Position numbers and translations under genes: made by a program
NCBI RefSeq assembly: GCF_018350175.1
Contig: NC_058368.1
Span: 160,644,001 to 160,708,000 of the forward strand
Direction of reading: 5' to 3'
From: Felis catus
Lineage: Eukaryota
Length of the DNA: 64,000 nt
Notes under the pieces: model-generated
What the model saw: the letters and a program-made list of their open reading frames with translations, nothing else
What the model was told of the DNA's origin: nothing
Databases searched by the model: none
Part shown: positions 52,400-64,000 of the stretch, in pieces
Position numbering within the stretch: position 1 is the stretch's first letter
Layout: the number at the start of each line of letters is the position of its first letter

Positions 52400-54416
52400 A
52401 GTGTGGTTTTGTTCTGTTGAGTGTGTCTTTGTCTAATAAATTATTTTTGAACGCTGGGCAATTTTTACAAGAATGAAAATCTGAGCTATTATAGACTCTG
52501 GATAATGTTATTTTCCACAGAGGGAAATTACTTTTTCTTTTCTCAAGCAATATGATAGCTATAGTTCATAGAAACTGGAGCTGAGCTATTTGTAACTGGT
52601 TTTAAGTCTTAGTGAAAGCTGTTCTCTATCGTTTATCCTTAATCTTAGTCCATAGCCTCTGTGTATCCCAGGTCACAAGAAACATAAAAGAGGGCTGAAA
52701 ACTCTTCTTAGTCTCATAGCCAAATCAGCTTATTAGTCCCCTCTCCCACCTACAACTTTATAATCAGTATATACTTCAAGAAGAATATTTCATGAGTGCT
52801 ACTTTCACATTTTTGTTCCTCTCTCTTAGTTCTTGGCCCCTCAAGACTTCCGTATTTTACTTTTAAGTTACATATCTTCCCAAGAAGATAAGTGATGTGC
52901 AAGAAGATAATTTATTATGAGTGGAACAGAAACTAATATAAATCAATATGAGTGGGACTAGGCCTCAGAATCCATAATACTACTGGAAGATGTTGTGATT
53001 TTGATGATGTGATGTTGTGGTATTGGTGACTCGTACCCAAGACATGAAAGAGGTTTCAAGAAACCCCAAGAAAAAGGGGGATGCAAAAACACTTATGAAA
53101 GAAAAATGAAGGTGTAGAGGAGTTATTCATTTTGTATCAGCTGTTTAATATAGAACAAATGAATGGAATGTCTGTGGGTAGAAGAAAATACACTAGTTAC
53201 AAGGGTTTATCTCATCCCATGCTTATCAAGGATTGTTCATTTTAAATCTAATGACTATTAATAACATAAAACAATAGGTTTCACTAAAAATTTACCATAA
53301 AATGTATTTGGTAAGTATAAAAGCATAAGGACATATAATTGTCCTTTGCTAAGGACAATTATAGCAATATATAATCTGCCTCTTGTATAGATAACATTAT
53401 AATCAACATATAAGTTTAAAAGTCACCAAAATTTTCACTAAATTATCATTTCCTTGAAAATAATTTGAGAAAAAATTGAGTTTCCTTATAAGAGTAATTT
53501 CCTTGTTCCATTGTTTCTTTCTTGTCCCTTCCTAGGCATATATATTTATAGTTATATAAAGTTGTATATTTATAGTTATATATTTATTTTTGTAATATTC
53601 TATTGTGAATTTTTAAAAACTCATATATAAACTTTTAATATATATATATATATATATTATTTTCTGCTGGATGATTACCATTGTATAAGTTTACACAAGA
53701 AGGATAATTTTATGGTTTAAAAACATGGCCTTTTTTCTTTGGATATTTAAATATAATGTTTAAATTGCTGCCATCAGTACAATTTGAAATTGTTAATTTT
53801 ACCATGATCAGGTAGCATTAGGCATTATGGTTAATTATATTAATTTGATGTAATATAATACTTGTAATGGTTTAATGAAATTTCTTAGATAATTACTGAT
53901 TGTTAAAACATATATTAGAAAGCTAGCTAACTATCCAGTATTCAGCAAGGTCCACTTAGATAAGCTGCCAGATCAGGTACTGATAGAATCCTCCATATGA
54001 CTACTTGGGATTAGAATCATCAGTACAGATAGCACCTGTTGACTTGGTGACAATTATATGAGTAACCTTCCATCTTTAGTTTACTGTATTAAATAAGCAC
54101 TGGAAAAAATATTCCTACTTTTATATACTATAATTCTTGCCCAAATTCAAGACAAGTTTCTGTCTGAACATATTTAGGAAGCACGATGAGAATAAGGAAG
54201 CTCAGAAAATGTAAGAGAAATCTGTTTTCAAATTGAAAATTTTACAGTGGTACAGCTTGATGAGGAAAACTATTAAAACAGTTTTGATGATATTCCTATA
54301 ACTGCATTCATTACATATAGAAGCCCTGGATAAAAAATCAAGGTATTAATATTTTTAGGAACTTTTCAATTTTTATTTCCCTTAAATGTCTGATTTTTAA
54401 AGCCTCCTTAGTTTTA

Positions 54417-54636
54417 CTTTTTTGTTTTTAATGTTTTAATTTATTTTTGAGAGAGGGAGAGCATGAGGGTGCGGGGGAGAGAGAGAGAGAGAGAGAGGGA
54501 GACAGAGGATCTAAAGTGGGCTCCACACTGACAGCAGAGCACCTGATGTGGGGATCCAACTCGAACTCACCAATTATGAGATCATGACTTGAGCCAAAGT
54601 CAGACACTCAACTGACAGAGCCACCCAGGCACACCC
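54417..54636 (-). mobile_element. Can-SINE
   Basis: Consensus body. Confidence 0.95.
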
Positions 54637-54665
54637 TACTTTTTAAAAAAATTTAAACCTGTTTA

Positions 54666-54862
54666 GGAGCACCTGGGTGGCTCCATCAGTTAAGCATCCA
54701 GCATGCGACTTTGGCTCAGGTCATAATCTCGCAGTTTGTGAACCTGAGCCCTGCATTGGGCTCTCTGCTGTTAGCGTGGAGCCTGCTTGGGATCTTCTGC
54801 CCACCTTTCTGCCCCTCCCCCACTCACATGCCTGTTCTCTCTCAAAAATAAATAAACATTAG
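54666..54862 (+). mobile_element. Can-SINE
   Basis: TSD aaaaatttaaacct(g/t)ttta at 54647-54665 and 54863-54881. Confidence 0.95.
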
Positions 54863-55778
54863 AAAAATTTAAACCTTTTTAATGTATTTACAAATTTCTA
54901 AAACCTCAAAATAAAAATATCTATAAAGTTAGAAGTCTTCCTTCTACCCTTGGTTTCTTTGTTAGTTCTCAGCATCCCTTACACTATTATTTATTTCTTG
55001 TATATCATTCCTGGAGATTTTTATGACAAGCAATTTTATGTATTGATTTTACTGAAATAGAGAGGTTTCATTTAACACAAAGTATCTGTTTTTCTCTCTA
55101 ATGTGAAAGACATTTATTGAATAGATTAAGCAATTAAAATTATTTTCAAAAGTTTTATGATGAAGACAACCCAACTAAGTGTAAAACAAAAGATTTCAAT
55201 TTCTGACTGTATCTACAAATTAAGAGGTAATTATCATATACAATTATTAAAATTCAACTCTTTGCTTTTTGAACAAGAGGGGATTTATCTTCTTGCCTAT
55301 GTCTGGACATAAGAAAACTCTAGTTCTGTTTAATTCAAGGTTTAATAATAACCTAAGACTTCTAAATTATTTTTAACTTACTGCTCTATCAGTGTATCTG
55401 TTTCCATGTAAGAAAGTGATCTCATATTTGCAAGAAGCTAACATGGTTCCAGACTTCATATTCACAGACAATAATGACTAGGCAAGGCCAAGGCCACTCA
55501 TTTATGTTTCCCCTATTAAAAATCAGAAACCTTTTAATGAAGCATTTTCCTCCCTAACACATTTACCATCACATCTGATTGATCAGACTATCTCACATGC
55601 CCACCAATATACCACTAACAGTAAGGGGATTACTTTCAGAGGTCTAGACAAACACACTTTACCACAGAATTATCATGTAGGAAAGAAACACTAGAATAAA
55701 TTCCAGTCTCTTCTAGTAAGAAGGAAGTGTAGAATAATAACCAACAGTGTTTTCTATACTTCCTGTGATCACTCTTTT

Positions 55779-55825
<47 letters not shown>

Positions 55826-55826
55826 A
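55779..55826. repeat. (GAAA)n microsatellite
   Basis: Direct reading. Confidence 0.95.
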
Positions 55827-55957
55827 AAAGCAACATGCAAAAAAAAAGATTTGATTAATGAATGGAGAAAAATCACTGAGTAAATGTTTAAATAAAACTG
55901 GCTTTGAGAAAGAAGTGTGATAAACAGATATATCTTCATTATCCACTCAGTAGATAT

Positions 55958-56346
55958 AAGTATTGATCAGCTCAGGTTGCTATAACAAAATATCATGAAC
56001 TGGGTGGCTTAAAAAACAAATTTATTTCCTTACAGTTTTAAATGTTGGAAGTCCAAGATCAAGGTGCTGGTCAACTTGGTTTCTAGTGAGGACTCTTTCC
56101 TTGGCTTGAAGATGACCGCCTTCTCCCTGAGTCTGCACCTTCTCTGTGTTCATGCAGAGAGAGGGAGAGGGAACTCTCTGACGTCTCTTCCTAAGAAAAC
56201 ACAAATTTTATTGGAAAAGCACCCCACCCATATGACCTCATTTAACTTTAATTACCTTCTTAAAGGCTCTGTCTCCAAATACAGTAACACTGGGGATTTG
56301 GGCTTCAACATAAGAATTTGCGGAGGTCATAATTCAGTGCATAACA
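55958..56346 (-). mobile_element. MaLR MLT1A/B-type solo LTR
   Basis: gctataacaaaatatcatgaactgggtggcttaaa...aagtccaagatcaaggtgctgg...aattcagtgcataaca. Confidence 0.92.
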
Positions 56347-56769
56347 ATGTACTACTCTTAATAGAAATATATATTTTAGCATATAATGGTTGACATATAG
56401 ATTATGCTATAGAGGGAAGTAAAGATTGCAAAACATGTTTCCAAAACTTAGAGCGGAAAAAATTCTCCACTCTTGAATTAAAGCTAAAAAGTGACTTTAA
56501 AAACTTCTCACTAACAAATATTACCATAACGTCTTTGGTAATGACGACTTGGTGCTTCCAGCAACAGTAAATGATTTAGATAGTGTTAGTGATACTTCTA
56601 ATTTACCCTTTGACTGGTTTTATCACCCAAACATAAACAGGGCATGCTGCCCCGGAGCTGAGTTACTTGCTTTTTATTCTGTAGACTTTTAATGCTGTAA
56701 TTCTTAGACACAAGGTCAGGAAAAGGAGAGGCCCTCTGAGGATTTCTAAATCATTGCCTTTTTCTCCAG

Positions 56770-56848
56770 GAACACAGCTTTAATTTCTGATCAGTTCAGT
56801 GCAGAAACAATGAGCCCTTGGAGACCTAAGTCATGAGTTCAACTAATG
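56770..56848 (+). other. Candidate isolated 79-nt exon on + strand
   Basis: ttgcctttttctccag|GAACAC...ACTAATG|gtgagt. Stops in all three frames, but it ends with ATG AGT TCA ACT AAT G. Confidence 0.35.
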
Positions 56849-57413
56849 GTGAGTATTTGGTTGTGTTCTTCTTTAAACTATTTTAGAACAGAAACCATTT
56901 TTGTTGAAGGCTGAGCCAATAACATGTAGGGAGACAAACCCCAGGATAATATTGTTTTCCCATAGAAAGAGGCATAGTTTCAAAATTTGGAGCATCAGAA
57001 GGGGCAGTGTGGGTAGATAGTACTATTTGTTTCATGGTTTATTTACATAACAGTCCCTAAAGGAGTTGTTAAATGTCACCTAGGAATTATGTTCCATGAA
57101 TCATAATGAGGAAAACATGAGTATTCAAATAAGGCAAAAATAAAAATAGAAGAAAAGAAGCTATTAAATTATTTAAAGAGTTGATGAAAAATCATACTGT
57201 TTCATACTGTTTCATACTTTTATAACCCTGGTGGAGCTAGAGGCTAGTCAGCAGTTTTCTATAAGAGCTCATAATATGAAAACTTTTCCATTGGCAGGGG
57301 TGGAGGCTTCCAGTTTTAAGAACCGAGCATGTTCAAAGGGTTATAATTTTCACTTCTGGAAATGATAAAGCATTTTATATCTTAAACTGGAAAAGCTCTG
57401 AGTTACTTGGTTT

Positions 57414-57551
57414 TATATATATAAAAATATATATATTATATATATATGTATATATATAATATATATACATATATATAATACATATGTTTATATATAATAT
57501 ATATACATATATATATAATACATATGTTATATATATATATATGTATATATA
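57414..57551. repeat. (TA)-rich low-complexity repeat
   Basis: Direct reading. Confidence 0.95.
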
Positions 57552-58296
57552 CAGGCTTATTTTTTATCACTTTTTTCCCCTTTCAGACTTAACCCTCTCA
57601 CATCAGATAAATATCTCAAAAAAGAAAAACAAAAATGATGTTTTGCAGCACAAATTACAATATAGCACATGATTTATATGAAAATAAGCCTTTGGAACAG
57701 GAGGTGAATGGAGATAGCATATAGGTTAGCAGCCTAAGAAGTGTTATTTGGTATTCTGGAAAGTCTTTGTTTCTTGAGTCATATCATGGTTTACACAAAT
57801 ACAACTAAAACATTAATAATAGAGAATTATAATATTATTTGAAAATTCATGAACTATATTTGGATTACTTCTTTATAAACTACAATAGTGAAATTAGCCC
57901 ATATCTTGTAAAATGAATTTCCCCTTGTATGTAATTTTTTTTTTTTACTTCAGTAAGTAGGCATTTCTGCAAAGTGTTAACATGCTATTAGTTTGTGATA
58001 TGCTTATTGTAGAGATTTCCTTAATTTTCATAGTTTGGTATGATTAGTATAAAAATACATCCACTTTTACAATCCCAAGCAACCTGATATAAAATAATTA
58101 CATGAATATATAGCATATAAAAGGATTTTTTTTGTTATTTATTTAGTTGCTTTAGCCTATATGGTGTGACATTTCCTTTCTGTTTCAGTGGCTCATCCTA
58201 GAAACCACATTACTTGTATTTGTTATATCTCCTTAGGCTCCTATTGGCTGTTAACCATTGCTCAGACTTTTCTTGTTTCTAATGACCTTGACTGTT

Positions 58297-58721
58297 TGTG
58301 GTGTTTAAATGGGGTGTCTCTCAATCAGATTGGGGGCCCCCAAATGTGGGGAAATGATCAAGTGGAAGCCAGTGGCGTGGGAGGTGAAATAATTCACCTG
58401 GGACAGAACAAAGGAGCTAGAAGTTTATTGAATACACTGCAAGGGAGTGGAGGGCAGGACAAAAAGGAGAGTCTATCTGCAAGGAGGCAGTGGGTGGGGG
58501 CTGTTTTTAAAGTGGGGGAGGTGAGGAGGTATGGCTACATATGGAATTCTCCCCTTTGCGGTAACTGTGACTGGTTGTAAGTATTCCATTGGTCTGTTAG
58601 GGCCTATGGATATTTTGAGATGCGTTGCCTGATGGGCCAGTCTGTATTCAGCCAGGGGGTCTCTGTGGGCCCTTTCTACATTCCACTGCTCAAGCATGTT
58701 TGCCTAAAAGTGACCTCTATA
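58297..58721 (-). mobile_element. ERV1-type solo LTR (probably carnivore-specific)
   Basis: 4-bp TSD tgtt/agtt, with minus-strand AATAAA (~58424) and CCAAT (~58588). Confidence 0.8.
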
Positions 58722-59006
58722 AGTTTTGAGAATTATAGGTTAAATATTTTTTTAGAATGCTTTTCTAGAATTTGTCTGACATTTTTCTCATGACTAGATT
58801 GGTGTGAAGGATTTTGGGGAGCCATGTGACTATCAGTAAAGGGTTATTTTGATCACATCATATTAAGGGTACATAATATTAACATGACTTAGTACTGTGA
58901 TAGTGCTCTTGGTCATAGGGCTTAGGTACTGTTTGTCAGGTTTCTCTACTACAAAGTTACTGTTTTCCCCCCTTTTCATAGTGTACACATATGTATGAAT
59001 ATTTCT

Positions 59007-59153
59007 TTTTTATATTATTTTAATTCCAATATAGTTAACATACAGTGTTATATTAGTTTCAGGTGTACAATATAGTGACTCAACTATTCCAGTGCTCACC
59101 ATGACAAGCACACTCCTTAATCCCCACCACCGAGATCACCTGTCCCCCCATCC
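59007..59153 (-). mobile_element. Short carnivore L1 3' end
   Basis: TSD tgaatatttct at 58996-59006 and 59154-59164. Confidence 0.92.
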
Positions 59154-59259
59154 TGAATATTTCTATATGCAAACATCTGTATCTACATTATGCTAACCAT
59201 GGGTTTATATTGATGTCTCCAACTCTAATCATTCTCACATGAATTATTATTTTAGCCTT

Positions 59260-59336
59260 TTTCTTTTCTTTTCTTTATTTTTTTTTAATTAGAGAGTGAG
59301 AGACAGCATGAGTAGGGGAGAGGGACAGAGGGACAG

Positions 59337-59383
<47 letters not shown>

Positions 59384-59506
59384 TATTAAGCAAGCTACGT
59401 GCCCATTGTGAATCCTGATGAGTGGCTTGACCCCACGACCCTGGGATCAGGACCTCTGCCAAAATCAAGAGTTAGCCCCTCAACAAACTGAGCCACCCAA
59501 GTGCCC
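59260..59506 (-). mobile_element. Can-SINE (older type)
   Basis: TSD tttagcctt, long (GA)n. Confidence 0.92.
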
Positions 59507-60879
59507 TTTAGCCTTCTCTTATCTATACATCCTCATTCCAACAGTGAGAAATGTGGTTTATATCATCTGTACATTGAATTGGTCAATTGCACTATACTTA
59601 TAGAGTAGTATTAAAATATTTATCCATACTACTTTGGGACACAATTTTATCAACTAAAGTACAGTGCTTATGAGCGGTTCCTTTTGCCTTCAGTCTCACA
59701 GACTCTTTACTTCTAAAATTACTTTTGTAAGCATCTTTTCCCGCAACACCCCTCCCTGAGGTTATCCCATGCATTTGTAATACAATTAGATTCCCTTATC
59801 ACAATCTGCATTCCTGCCTGGGACCTGCAATCTCCAATGATCTTTTTCTTACTTTTTACACATAAAGCCTCACTCTGTGCTACAAATTTCTATAGAATTA
59901 AAGAATGCATGTCATTATCCATCATTAACATATCATACAAAATAATATCACTATCCTAGAAGTACTCTCCTTCATCGGTTCAACATTCCCCTTACCACTA
60001 AATCTGTGTGTGTACCACTATTTCTCTCCTGTCTTCATCGCTTTGTCTTTTCCAGAATGTCATTTAATGGGAATCATACAATTTGTAGTCTTTTCAGATT
60101 GAATTGTTTCAACTACCAATATGAATTTGAGGTTTATCTGTGTATTTTAGTGGCATGATAGCTCACTTTTATTTGTTTGCTTGTTATTTATTTATTTATT
60201 TGTTCATTCATTCATTCATTCATTCATTCATTTATCTATTTATTTATTTATTTATTTATTTGCTGGATGATATTTTATCCTAAACTGAACCTTATTCACT
60301 CGTGGAAGATCATTTTGGTTTATTCTTACTTGGAAATTATGATTGAAGTTACTATAAACATTGTGGTCATGTTTTTGTATGAATATAAGTTTTCAAATCA
60401 ATTGAGTAAATCTGTCAGTGGTATTGTTGGGTCCTGTGGTGAGATTGTGTTTAACTTTGTAAGAAACTGCTAAACTTTCTTCCAAAGTGGCTGTACCATT
60501 TTGTCTTCCAGCCAGTCAGAGCTACACAATTGCAGGATTAATTTGCATACCCATAAGTGATTTGTGTGAACAAATTTAAAATCCAAGAGATTAATAGATA
60601 GCCATGAAGTAAGACACACAGACACCAAATCATAAAAGCCCAAGTGTCACAATCAAACTATGGAAGGATGGAATCCTCACTGAAAATTTTTGATTAGTTG
60701 GAGGGGTATAGTTATTTGTATATTAAAATTATAACCTTTCAGCAATGTTAGGAATAGAAATGTGAGATAAAATTTGGAATAAGAAAAAGCATTACATTGT
60801 CAGACAATGAAATCTGAGTCACAGATGATGATAGAAACAGTAAAGTAAGAAGGAAAAAATCAAGCTGGAAAGGTAGAAA

Positions 60880-61650
60880 CATTCTAAATTGTTATGGAGA
60901 TGTAATTGATAAGTTGGTTGGGTGTGGGAGATGAGTGAGGAGAATATGGCTTTGAATCTCTGGTATCTCTCTGGGTTTAGCAGCACTCTTAACTAGGATG
61001 CTGAATAGAAAAGTTTGGCATAAAACATACAATAAGATCAGATATATATTGAATTTAATATGGGGATATCCACATTTCATATAAAGATTTAGAAATCAGA
61101 AGATAATTCTTGACTGGAGAGACAGATTGGAGAAGCATCTTTCCATTGATGTTGTTTGAAGTCATGGATTCTAAGTAAAGAATGTGAAGGATGAGGTGGG
61201 AGAAGGCTGACACAGTGGTTCTGGTTTTAAAACAAACTTATAAGAGATTGAAACAAACCCATTAAGAAGATTAAGAAGTTGTGACAAACAACTGAAAATG
61301 ATCATGCTTAAAGAAAAAAAAAATAGAGAAAACCACAGTAGGTACTTGTAAAAAAAAATCTGTATCACAGATTTACTGTATCATAATCTCTGAGGCTTTG
61401 AAAAATTGCAGTAAATATAGTCTATACTATGAAAGACTATTGAGAGTAAATGCCATTTTGTAATGAATTGAGGGTATGCAGAAGATGAGGACATTGAGAC
61501 ACTGAATAGAACTTATGTACTCATTGTAAAATTTGTCAGCAAAAGGAGAAAAACTGAAAGCATAGGATGGGTGAAGAATAAATATGTGTTAAATATGAAG
61601 AGGTAAAGGACGAAAGAAGATGAAGAAAAGGGAGAGGATTCCTGATGGGA
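60880..61650 (-). mobile_element. Degraded LINE-2
   Basis: gatttagaaatcagaagataattcttgactggagagacagattggagaagcatc. Confidence 0.65.
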
Positions 61651-61691
61651 AAAAATTCAATTTAAATGTGTATATATTTATAGTTTTACAT

Positions 61692-61728
<37 letters not shown>

Positions 61729-61749
61729 ATATATGTACACATACATACA

Positions 61750-62210
61750 GAGAGGCTAGTGGTTAAGAATGTAGGTTAAAGGGGCGTCTGGGTGGCTCAG
61801 TCAGTTAAGTGTCCAACTTCGGCTCAGGTCATGATCTCACAGTTCGTGGGTTCGAGCCCGGTCGGGCTCTGTTCTGACAGCTCAGAGCCTGGAGCCTGTT
61901 CCGGAGCCTGTTTCAGATTCTGTGTCTCCGTTTGTCTATGCCCTTCCTCCACTCATGCTCTGTCTCCCTCTGTCTCAAAAATAAATAAACATTAAAAAAA
62001 ATTAAAAAAAAAAGAATGTAGGTTAAAGACTCTTAGCTCTGGGAACACCAGCTATGACACTTTGAGCCCATAACTTTACATGTGTTTCAATGTCTTCATA
62101 AGAGAGAATAATACCTACTTCCTTAAGTAGTTTGGGAGAACTCAATAAAATTAAATAGAAAAGACTTGGTGCAGTACTAGCTACAGAAGTGAACGTGAAT
62201 TAGTCATTTT
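61750..62210 (+). mobile_element. MIR split by a Can-SINE
   Basis: tagtggttaagaatgtagg | ...ataatacctacttccttaagtagtttgggagaactcaa. Confidence 0.7.
61781..62011 (+). mobile_element. Feline-type Can-SINE with internal 12-bp duplication
   Basis: TSD aagaatgtaggttaaa at 61765-61780 and 62012-62027. Internal ggagcctgttcc ggagcctgtttc. Confidence 0.96.
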
Positions 62211-63216
62211 GTTAGTGCTATGTCTTCAGCTCCTCAAAAGGCTCTGGTATAGGAAAGGGAAAAAAATCCAAAAGTCAACACCCATCCTTTTTGTCTTTCA
62301 ACATATACTAACTAGAAAGAAAATAAACTTATATAGTCTATACCTTCATCCTTTTTCTTTTTTTATATAGCTTCATCCTTTTTTTCAATAGAAATCCTCT
62401 TCTTAGTAATACTATAAAGCCCTCGAGAACAAATCCAGCATTTCTCAGCTAGCATTCCCAGAAAAAAAAAAAAAATCCTTAGCAGCAATACCTACACCTC
62501 TATAACTTCAAGGGTGAGTTTTTCTTCTACTTGGGGAAAAATATGCTCTTTCTGTGCTCTCTAAATACGTTTTGGCTGATGGAAATGTTCCACTTTTCAG
62601 CAGTTAAAAATTTCAAACATTGGTTGATTTCTAGAAATGCAAATGTTTAAATAACTGGATTTTGCATTGTTGTATTTGTTAGTCAAATGTGTAAACAAGC
62701 CCATGAGGAAAAACTCACTGTGAAAGTTTCTCAATTATAATTAAGGGAAAACCTTCCAGAGTAGTTGCCTTTAGGAGCTCACCCAAGTAGAGAAATATTT
62801 AACTCCTGACTGAATCACATGAAAATTATGCTTGAAGATTAGTAAACTGCGTCTAATAATAAAGTTTCAAACCTTTTCTCTCTCTCTCTGTCTCCCTCTC
62901 TCTCTCTCTGCTGCTCTATCCTTGGCTAATGCTTTACTAGCAGGGATATATTTATAATTGATAAATGCACAGGACGTACGTAACACACAGGAGTGGAAAC
63001 AAATCTCTGATCCTTACCAATGATCATTCCAGATAAGCACACACTCTAATTTATACTTGGGTTTGATCTTTAATTATGTGAATAATTATGTTTACTCTCT
63101 TATGAATAATCTGTAATGATTTCTTATGTAAATAAAATGTTTGTTCTTACCAATGCCTTAGTTGTATGGTATTCACTTAATAATAAACTTGTGGATGATT
63201 TAAAAATGATATTTTA

Positions 63217-63445
63217 GGGGCGCCTGGGTGGCGCAGTCGGTTAAGCATCCGACTTCAGCCAGGTCACGATCTCGCGGTCCATGAGTTCGAGCCCCGCGTC
63301 AGGCTCTGGGCTGATGGCTCAGAGCCTGGAGCCTGTTTCCGATTCTGTGTCTCCCTCTCTCTCTGCCCCTCCCCCATTCATGCTCTGTCTCTCTCTGTCC
63401 CAAAAATAAATAAAAAACGTTGAAATAAAATATTTAAAAAAATAA
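63217..63445 (+). mobile_element. Very young feline Can-SINE
   Basis: CpG-rich. Perfect TSD taaaaatgatatttta at 63201-63216 and 63446-63461. Confidence 0.98.
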
Positions 63446-63679
63446 TAAAAATGATATTTTACCATATTTGCATGATTGCATGTACTTTAAATTCTAATAT
63501 AATATATTTATGCTACAAAATTCGGTGTAGTTATAAAACAATTGTGACTTAAATTTAGCAATAGGAATAACAAACCAAAACCTTTTACTACAGTGAACTA
63601 TTAAGATTATTTGTTGATATGTGAGTGATTTTATAATACATACTTTATGATCCCTATCATTAGGAAAATATACATTTTA

Positions 63680-63894
63680 TTTTTATGTATTTTTTAAGTT
63701 TATTTACTTAAGAGAGAGAAAGCACGTGCATGAGAGTGGAAGGGGCAGAGGGAGAGGGAGAATCCCAAGCATGCTCTGTGCTGTCAGTGTGGAGACCCAC
63801 ACATGTCTTGATCCCACGAACGAAACTATGAGATCATGATCTAAGCCAAAACCAAGAGTTGGACACCGAACCAACTGAGCCACCCAGGCACCCC
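63680..63894 (-). mobile_element. Can-SINE
   Basis: TSD gaaaat(a/g)tacatttta at 63664-63679 and 63897-63912. Confidence 0.95.
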
Positions 63895-64000
63895 ATGAAA
63901 ATGTACATTTTAAAGAAAGCATTGTATCAACAAACTTCTCTAAATTACAAAGTCATTTTACATTATAGCCACCTACCTGCAAAATGTCTATTTTTCATGA

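Larger units (their letters stand above)
49470..52900 (-). mobile_element. Ancient L1M 5'/ORF1-region fragments
   Basis: tttgtctgagaaagtctttatttctccttcactcttgaag and similar T-rich ORF1 antisense motifs. Boundaries approximate. Confidence 0.7.
58150..60515 (-). mobile_element. Ancient L1MC/L1MD 3' region with nested insertions
   Basis: gaccttgac|agttttgag is split by the LTR. Ends ttccaaagtggctgtaccattttg. Confidence 0.8.

Noticed and set aside
1..64000. CRISPR array, operon or other prokaryotic system
   Set aside because: The sequence is mammalian. The periodic repeats are microsatellites, TSDs and SINE/LINE copies, with no repeat-spacer structure.

Overview
AT-rich mammalian genomic DNA from a carnivore, very probably a felid: about 25 tRNA-derived Can-SINEs are present, several with the feline-type GAGCCTGGAGCCTG insert, along with carnivore LINE-1s. 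Much of the window is interspersed repeat: one full-length but disabled L1, several truncated L1s, L2, MIR, L3, MaLR and ERV solo LTRs, a hAT MITE and microsatellites. I find no intact protein-coding gene, and nearly all listed ORFs are repeat-derived or chance. The main non-repeat signal is a decayed multi-exon gene on the minus strand, from about 45.6 kb to beyond position 1. Most exons keep canonical GT-AG boundaries, the phases chain together, and two exons are about 1.25 kb with long same-frame open stretches broken by stops. A cluster of small 3' exons separated by 76-86 nt introns translates to fragments that, from my memory of the protein, resemble the CCCH finger and C-terminal region of the germ-line protein TOPAZ1; this needs a database check. 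Retrotransposon oddities include a triple target-site duplication around the full-length L1, three head-to-head SINE pairs at quasi-palindromic endonuclease sites, and a twin-priming L1 inversion. All coordinates, translations and counts were made by eye, and repeat family names come from recall.
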